Shown here piece after piece: positions 40,301-47,663 of a stretch of 47,663 nucleotides of DNA (positions within the stretch are counted from its first letter, which is position 1; the number at the start of each line of letters is the position of its first letter). The notes under the pieces are model-generated. The model made no database searches. It had not been told where the DNA came from and worked only from the letters and a program-made list of their open reading frames with translations. Source of the DNA: Hydrurus foetidus (Eukaryota). The stretch is from the NCBI GenBank assembly GCA_900617105.1, contig UYFQ01000375.1:1-47663 (forward strand), given 5' to 3'. The translations under genes and the position numbers were made by a program.

Positions 40301-42392
40301 CTAGTGTTCTCCAGGCCGACCCGACTGATGCCCCTGCTGCGTCGAAGTCAGGAACATGTCGATGGCGGTCTTCGCCTGCACCCAGAACCGGACAAAGTCC
40401 TCCTCCGAGTCGAGCTTGACCCTCGGATCACACAGTCTGACGATGTCGATGGCACTGTCCGCTCCACAGAGGTCCAGGACCGCCACATTCCCCAGCCCCA
40501 TCCTCTGTACATCCTCTGCTATTGATGTAGTCGGATGTGTACCTTTCCTAGATAGGAAGTCGCAGTTCTTATTGTCCACCCCCGCTATGTGCGTGACCTC
40601 GGTTACGTTGATGTCAGCAGCAAGGCATAGTAGGGTCCATACCATCGACGCGTTGGTGACGATGGAGCCCCTTGGCCTTTCCGTGAAGGCCCATGTATTT
40701 GCTGTGACGCTATCACCTCTTAGCGCTAAGCTCCTTCCCGAGAAGCCGAGTAAGATCTGCCCTGCAACTGCGATTATTGCTCCTATGAACTCGGCTAGAT
40801 TCTGGTAGGAAGAATCGTCCCCGAACTCTAGAAAGCTCAAATCCACTGCACAGACACCCAGCGCTACCTCTGTGCCACCCCCGCGTGCGAACCAAATGAG
40901 TCCTGCCCCCTTTAAGGACGCATCGAACTCCGCAACTATGACTGGCGTTGTGGGCGCGAAGGACTCGATTGTCCGCGTGAACTCAGTTTCACGGTATCTC
41001 ACGAGGCATAACATCGCTCGCCAGCACTGTATGGCGATGACGGCCTCGGAGGACAGGAAGAAGAGAGCATGAGGGTCGGTGCGCCCCCAAGTGACCCGAT
41101 TGAGTGCACTGCAGAAGGGGCGCATGACCCGGCATATCTTACCGTACCGCGTCCCCCACGACGCGAGACGCTGTGCCTGCCGCAGGTTGATCCGCCGTGT
41201 GACGTCTGTCGACATGAAGCCGTGCAGTGCCGTCAGAAAGTTCTTCCTGGCGATCAATACCCGCTCCTTGGTCAGGTCGATGGTGTACCCGATGACGTCC
41301 AACCGTGAGGCGGACTCAGACTTGTCGTCCGCCACTGCATCCGGTCCGAGCAGGTCAGTGCAGATGCGCCGAGTGACTGCCATGTCGCTCTCGACCTGAT
41401 CCACGAAGCCGACTCCGACGATGTCGTCAACGTACATGACCGTACGGCTCTGTAGACGGTGTTGTGTCTCCCAGAGTATCGCTCGGGTCACGACTTGGAA
41501 CGCCGCTGGTGTACCCGCCCATCCAAAAATGCCGGCAAGTTGTAGGTAAACGAGCTCATTAGTTAGCAGCATCCCAAAAAGTCCTACGTCGCTAGGTCTA
41601 AATGAAAGCAGGGTGAAGGCGCCCTTGAGGTCCATCTTCCACAAGCGTAGATCTGACCACTGTCGGAAGGGTCAGCGGTCTTCGCCTCCGTCCAGAACTC
41701 CTGTATCATGGCGGCGATGCCGTCAATGGTCGGGTGTTGGATCTGGCCGTAGTAGGCGGTGGCTGCTTCGGCGGTCTCGTCGGTGTTGATGGGGTACCGT
41801 CCACGTTGCTCAGGTCTCCCAGTGGGCGGCCCGAGGCTTTCCCCTTCTTCGTAGTCCAGTGTGCTTTGCATAAGTGCAGGTTGGGCACGTGCTCCTGCGC
41901 CAATTGAAGCGGGAGGAGGAAAGCCAACCTCTGCTCCACTACCGCACCGAGCATCTTGTTCACAGCTGACGCGACCGAGCAGTATACGGCCCTCAGGGGC
42001 GACCTCGGTTGGCACCCGTTCGGCACGAAGCCCGCCGGCTTGTGGACCTTCATCCCAATAGCTAGGTCCAACATGAGGTCGCGCTCGGGGTTGTCTTCCC
42101 TCAGCGTCCGCTCGACCCTCTCCCGACTCAGTCTCTTCGCCGATATGAGAGCCAGGCGCCGCTTCACCATCTTCGCAAAATCCAGACCGGCTGCTCTAAG
42201 ACACGCAACATCGCTGTCGATGTATCGCTGTGGGAACTCGTACCCCTCCGCCCACTTATTGGCGGAGGCTTCGTCGTGGTCGTCCCGGGCTGCGTCCGAC
42301 GCTTCGTTGATTACTTCCTCCAACTCCCGTACGCTTGACTCTGACCCCTCTGGGAAACACGCGGACACCCACCTCTCCACCATGGGGGCCAC
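40301..42392 (-). CDS. Reverse transcriptase + RNase H (pol), two apparent 1-nt frameshifts
   Basis: KKGKASGRPLGD, KMDLKGAF, GIFGWAGTP, YVDD and IGY. RNase H residues FDAS, NLAE, GDS and HIAGVDNKNCDFLSR. Frames shift at ~41792 and ~41665. Confidence 0.93.
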
Positions 42393-42978
42393 TGACGATG
42401 CCCTCTGGGGACTGCCCCCCCGACCCCTAACCCCCTTAAATGCTCCGCGCTAATCCTGTCTGATCGAACAGTTCCGCTCGAGCGCCGCGGCGTAGGCCTC
42501 AAATCACCAGTGCCTGACGGGGTATAGTCGATGACGGTATTAGTCACCGTACTCATCTCAGGAGGTGAAGCACGACAGGGCAACGCACACACGTGCGATG
42601 GCTCTCTGCCGGTGTTACAGTCACATGGCATACACAAATCCCTCATCACTCAGGGTGCCATGTGACCATAAACAGCTAAGACTAGTCGTGTGTGAGGAAC
42701 GCTCGCTACCCACGAGTGTCCTGTTTACGTCGCTGTGATAGTAACGCTCACACACGCATGCATTATTCACGCAACGTCCGCACCAACGCTAAGACGGCAT
42801 ACTCGGCAGTGCATGAAGCTAGCTCAAACAGCTATGACAAGCACTGAACAGGGAGGGTTCCCTGTATCTGTCTCAACACACAAAGACAGAGGGAGCGCCT
42901 CGCTGCCGATCAACGCGATCGACCCGACATCTGACGGCACACGTGAAGTAACGCACCTGAGGCTGTAGATGCCGCCAG

Positions 42979-44646
42979 TCATTTCCTAGCGGCGATCGCC
43001 TTCTTAATGTCTGCGAGGGCGGCAGACGGCAGACCCGCTGCGATGTCCAGCAGCTTCTCGCTCGTCTTACCCGCAATCGATACGTGACTGAAGATGCAGT
43101 CTTTACCGAATTTACATTCGTACGCTCGGCCGTCCCTCCTCGTGGCTCCCAGCTGTCCTCCGAGATGACCAGCGCAAGGTTTCGACGATCTGTCGTTGAC
43201 CTCCCCCGCCGCTCCTTTCTCTGACTTCACTTTGGCCGGCGCCTGAGGTTGTGCTGGATTCCCAAGTGTCTTGGGAGTCTCACTGCAGGACATAGACTTC
43301 GTGGCGGGTGACCTCGCCGCTGCAATCATCTCCACACGCCTCAGTTGTCGAAACCGAAAGAACGTGTCCATCTTTGTCATCGACTGATGATCCGACAGGT
43401 CGGTGGATAATTCATCAAAGAGAGATGTTAGAAAAATAGCACATTTCTCTGGTGTCTGCACCGAGTCCGGCGGCTGCAATGAGGTACCTTTCGAGGACCT
43501 CACGACTCTAAAAAACTTCCTGATTGAACTCTCGACAGAGAACTTCAATAGGTCCGACGCAACCATCTCCATGGGTTGGTAAACCCCCTCTAAGTTGTCC
43601 AGGAAAACTTCCAACGCGTTTTCGAACGCGTCCGCCAACAGAATGTGCAGGCACATCTGGAAATTTTTTAGCGCCGCCACGAGCGCCTTATTCTGGTCGG
43701 GGCATGCCGTAGTCTTGTTCGAGATTGATTCACCAGTAACAAAGTCGTCCAAGGCGAGAGATGGCTCCGCTGAACCCTCCATGAGGACCGAACCGGTTAA
43801 GAAAAGCTTCAGTTTCGCTTTGTCTCGAAAGATGTACAGTCTCTGGACCCGTCCCACCAGGGAACACGCAGCGAAGGCCTCGTGTCGGTGACCAGACTGA
43901 GTCTCATACTGCTCACATATCATGCTGCGATACTCCTCCGGTTGCAGCGTCACATCGGGGCTGATACAGTGATCCTGCTTCTGTGGGTCCATAGCCCGGA
44001 ATATGAAATAGAGCTCTTTCTCCCTCTGGGATATGTCGGCTTTCGTCCTAGTTGCGTGCCTTCCACCGTCAAGATCGACAATCACATTCGACGTACCTTT
44101 TGCACGCTCCCCGGAATCCTCCGCCTGCTCACCCATATCAACCGGCTGGCGGATGCAGGGTCGTTTGGCACATTCCGCTCCTGGTCCGGCGTTTTGCCCC
44201 AAAGGGACCGCAGCGCGAATAGCGGCCAGGAGACGCGGTTTCGCAACCAAATAATTGGGTTGCGATGGGAATTTTAGGAGCACTCCCACCTCCGTGGGCA
44301 GTTCGCCTATTCCAGCCGAGTACCCCATGCAATGACCGTAAGTCATTCGCACCTGCGGCTTGTCGTGCACTTGCACAAAGACCGTTCTGCTGGCAGCCAC
44401 GTACGTGAAATCCGCTGCAATATCTTGCGTGGGTGGGGACAGTGGTAAGATAATCACCGCGTCAGCTGGGACATTCCCTGCTGCCACAACCGCAGCCGAC
44501 GACACGCCGTAGGCCTCACCGTCCTCGTTAGTTGCAGCAGCTTGCACCAAAGAAGCATTTTCCGACGCGTGCAACAACATCGCTGGGGCTAACTGGTAGG
44601 TCGGGATGACTATTCCGCTAGGTGGTAGCAAAGGAATTCCGCTCAT
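42979..44646 (-). CDS. ORF1 / gag-like protein with C-terminal Cys/His motif
   Basis: Intact ORF directly after repeat A1 (first ATG 44646). It ends with CAGHL...ECKFGKDCIFSH, a CCCH-like pattern. The position is typical of DIRS-order gag. Confidence 0.8.
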   Translation of the reverse strand: MSGIPLLPPSGIVIPTYQLAPAMLLHASENASLVQAAATNEDGEAYGVSSAAVVAAGNVPADAVIILPLSPPTQDIAADFTYVAASRTVFVQVHDKPQVRMTYGHCMGYSAGIGELPTEVGVLLKFPSQPNYLVAKPRLLAAIRAAVPLGQNAGPGAECAKRPCIRQPVDMGEQAEDSGERAKGTSNVIVDLDGGRHATRTKADISQREKELYFIFRAMDPQKQDHCISPDVTLQPEEYRSMICEQYETQSGHRHEAFAACSLVGRVQRLYIFRDKAKLKLFLTGSVLMEGSAEPSLALDDFVTGESISNKTTACPDQNKALVAALKNFQMCLHILLADAFENALEVFLDNLEGVYQPMEMVASDLLKFSVESSIRKFFRVVRSSKGTSLQPPDSVQTPEKCAIFLTSLFDELSTDLSDHQSMTKMDTFFRFRQLRRVEMIAAARSPATKSMSCSETPKTLGNPAQPQAPAKVKSEKGAAGEVNDRSSKPCAGHLGGQLGATRRDGRAYECKFGKDCIFSHVSIAGKTSEKLLDIAAGLPSAALADIKKAIAARK

Positions 44647-44657
44647 ACCGATGTTTC

Positions 44658-44967
44658 TAAATTGAGCGACGATGAGTATCCTCGAAATCGGGCGTTTCGA
44701 ATAATTGTGACAAGGTGCTGTCACCGACAAACATTTCGATTTTCAAACATCGCATTTGAACCCACTTTTCAAATGTATGCTGTGACGGACTAAACTACGT
44801 TGAGGCTAATAAAACGACGTGGGGAGGCGGTCCACGTTCCGTACGCCGCGTGGCGCTGTCCCGTTGTATTCCCCCCCTATCTCCGTCCATGAGGGGTCCG
44901 GCTCCGGTCAGCGGTCCCTGCTCCTTTCACGCCAGAGAACCTGTACTGCCGTGGCGGCATCTCCTAA
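44658..44967 (-). repeat. Split direct repeat A1 (5' terminus of element)
   Basis: Copy of 38176-38485. One internal substitution seen (CCCTGAGG versus CCATGAGG). Confidence 0.95.
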
Positions 44968-47108
44968 AAGTATCTGGTGTAGACGTACGGGTTTCCGACT
45001 GTGTACGTTATAGAGTTGATTGATGATGTCAATACTGTGTGATTTACGATGGGAGTTTTTAGTTTATAAATATCAAAGATGTGGAGAAAGTCAAAACAGT
45101 AGTAGCCTTTATTCTTGACAAAGCTCGATCTCAACTTAAGAGATAGGCAACAAAGAGCGTTCCACTCATTACTTGCACAACATAAAATGATATTCGAGGT
45201 ACATACCTTCTTCCCAGTACCAGCTCGGTGAGTACATAACGATGAACATCAGACTAGGAATGGCGATGACGGCAGATGCTTTCCATTCTGCGAAGAATTT
45301 GAAAGGAATAGCTTCGAGTGATCTGGCATTCTTGAGAACACCTGCATCCCTGAAGGTTAAGAATAAGAAGAAATAAGAAGAAATGAAGGGCATCGTAATC
45401 GAGTTGGAGGCAGTCGCATCTGGACTGATATGCTGATACAGTCGCGCAGTCCCAATATCGGTACTACAGGATCATTATTCAGTATTACTGTGTAGTTACT
45501 GTGCGACGTGACGAGGGCATGTTTCTGATATCACTTCTGTACCTTGCTGTCGCTCCGATACTCTCGATCAGAGCACGCACATGAGACTTCGCTTCGTCGT
45601 TGTTCCCACAGTAGCGCAGTTGCTTGTCGCTGGGACCTCTGCTCAGCTCGTAGGCGCTTGTGTCGTTGAAAGCTTTCACGACGTGACATCCCGGAATGTT
45701 TCGTTGGAGCTCCTCGGCTGCGGACAGAATTTGCTTCTTGTTGGGCTTGCGGTTGCAGCAGTCGACGATAATCTTGTTCAGTGCGAGCTCCTCGAGCACA
45801 GGAATAAGATTCCTGTGCGCCGACTGAGGAACAGCGAGGATAATGATGTCGCTGTTTTTGACAGCATCGACGACAGACACATGGTCGCAGACGACCTCAA
45901 ATCTGGTGCTCGCAGCATCTTCTGGACTGCGTGAGCCGACGACGACTGTGTAGTTGGCATCTACGATGCGTCTTGCTAGAGCTCGACCAATCCAACCTGC
46001 ACCGATGACTGCGACTTTCTTGGCATTCTTCTGTTCCTCGTAATCTACGTCTAGGGTGATTCCGACGTGATCAAGATCCTTGTCGTCAGAGTACCACGAT
46101 CGGATCTTGTCTGGGATGGCGTAAGCTTTGGCTAACATGATCAATGGTATTGAGTGTTGATAAATCTGTTGATGCGAAGCAAGTTCTCGTAGATTTGCAG
46201 CTACAGACACGAATCGTTTTGCAATCTTCTCTTTTGCAGAACTTCGCAGAGTTCAACATGGATCCAATAATTTGACTGGAGAATTCAACACGCTCTAGAG
46301 AGATGCAAATGGGTCCAAATATATAGTTCAAGAGTTGCAACTTCCAACAGTAAATTGTAAATTTTGCATTGAAAATGCCATGAAAATTACTGAACACGGG
46401 GGGCCATTCCAGTATAAATTCCAAATTTTGCTCGAAAATAAATGTCCAAAATTTTCAAATTTTGGGTGACTTTTTCAAATTTTATTGTTTTAGATGAACT
46501 TTCTCCATAATAATCCAAGTGATTTGTGGGACTTTCAAGAGGAATGGAAGCATTGTGTCATCTTCATTGTTCTCACTATCGTATACTAGTCAGAACAATT
46601 TAGTAGATGGCTTCGAAGGTAATTCAGCCCATGAAAACTAGGTAAAATCAACGAAAAATACATTTAGATTACATGTATTACATTGTTGTATCCCCAGAAG
46701 AAGATGTTTTGAGTCACAAACTGTTTCAGTGAGATTCAAGGGGATAAACGTGATATAACTTGACATATTCGGAGTAATATACTTTGCTCTATTGCAACAA
46801 AAGAGAAAACAAATAAAGGTCTGTTATTCGCCTGCCCTATCTGCTGTGTCGTACTTCAACTATCCAAACATTTTGCCGGAATTGTTAAGACCCTTGAGTT
46901 CGGTGAGGTCAATCTTTCTATCACATATAATGTAGCTGAGATACATCGCACACCATCTTTGGCTACTCCGTGTGTACAAGAAGTACCACAAACAAGGATT
47001 GTCATACCAATACTGATATCCGCTCTATGCTGTATCATATTTGTCCCGCTATGATGCGATTGCTGCATTCCTTCGTATCACTATCAACTTATGATACCGT
47101 CTCGCGAG

Positions 47109-47663
47109 CTACTCTCTGCCGCTGCCTGTTGCTGGCAGACAACTTCGAACTGTTGTGCATGCGAATAGGGAACCCTTATTTTGTCCGGATCGGATAGCTG
47201 CGAGTCTCCATGAAATAGGTGGCAGACAAAGAAGAATCTTGGCGCCGATAACGATGATCGGAAATCCAATAACGACCCAGGACACTGCAGGATAAATAAC
47301 AATGCATTGTGGATGGAGTAGATAGGTCATTTTTATTAGCCATGTCACAATGTGGATAATAGTTCAGAGTTTGTATTTCAAGTGCTATTGCGATCAAAAA
47401 CATAGTCAAACCTATCCCAAACGCATTGATGGACAATGTGATGTTCCCTATGCAACTGCACTTACATGTTGGTACTCGTCCCGTCCATTTTGAAATCTGT
47501 AACTCGGGATCGAGCGGACTGAAGTTCTCGCAGGCTAGTCCTCGATCTGTGCACAAGCTTCTCACAAGTAGAAGAAAAACGTGAATGCCAGCCATGGCTA
47601 GGCCGAGATACCCAAGCACCGATTGAATGAATGTCCACTCACTCCAACTCAGTTTCTGGGCGA
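47109..47663 (-). CDS. STEAP-like metalloreductase copy 3, 3' part only (exon 4 partial, exon 5)
   Basis: Exon 4 from the window end to 47466 and exon 5 at 47284-47109, near-identical to copy 2. Confidence 0.88.

Larger units (their letters stand above)
37833..44967 (-). mobile_element. Tyrosine-recombinase retrotransposon (order DIRS; Ngaro/PAT-like split direct repeats), 7135 bp, full length
   Basis: Sense order A1-ORF1-RT/RNaseH-YR-B1-A2-spacer-B2. Visibly GC-rich and intronless. Host flanks ...TTTTGACG | AAGTATCTGG... rejoin to the uninterrupted sequence at 34511-34530, with no TSD. Confidence 0.96.
36707..46138 (-). pseudogene. STEAP-like NADPH-dependent metalloreductase copy 2, otherwise intact but interrupted in exon 3 by a retrotransposon
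   Basis: Exons 46138-45543, 45349-45207, 44998-44968 + 37832-37569, 37341-37064 and 36882-36707. FNO-like Rossmann domain (VAVIGAGWIGRALA..VVVGSRSP, IIVDCCN, VVKAFN) plus STEAP TM motifs SLVYLAGIVAAVYQL, FPRWLSGWLATRKMLGL, QH, SLPSVAQKLSWSEWTFIQSVLGY, GIH and KILLCLPPISWRLAAIRSG. Confidence 0.9.
32875..47663. repeat. Tandem segmental repeat, ~3.3 kb unit, at least 3 copies, running off the window end
   Basis: The marker GGCTTCGA(A/G)GGTA(G/A)TTCAGCCCATGAAAACTAGG recurs at ~32883, ~36207 and ~46609. The period is 3324 bp, then 3267 bp after removing the 7135-bp insertion. Confidence 0.95.

Noticed and set aside
39193..44277. Numerous + strand ORFs inside the element
   Set aside because: Antisense shadows of GC-rich coding sequence with no motifs.

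Overview
Eukaryotic nuclear DNA with GT-AG introns and microsatellite-filled introns. A stramenopile/algal protist is a plausible source, but that is inference only. Left part (1-31.4 kb, AT-rich): the 3' part of a very long low-complexity multi-exon gene (+), a 7-exon stand-alone PolI-type 5'-3' exonuclease with a probable organelle-targeting presequence (+), a PH-domain protein with a C-terminal membrane anchor (+), and a zinc-free MsrB-like methionine sulfoxide reductase (-). Right part (32.9 kb to end): a head-to-tail ~3.3 kb tandem array of at least three 5-exon STEAP-like metalloreductase genes (-), each a Rossmann/FNO domain fused to a 2-His heme transmembrane domain. Copy 2 is interrupted in exon 3 by a complete 7,135-bp tyrosine-recombinase retrotransposon (Ngaro/PAT-type split direct repeats A1-gag-RT/RNaseH-YR-B1-A2-B2) inserted with no target-site duplication. 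Copy 1 supplies the empty site. Exon boundaries and family calls were made by eye from motifs, with no database searches.
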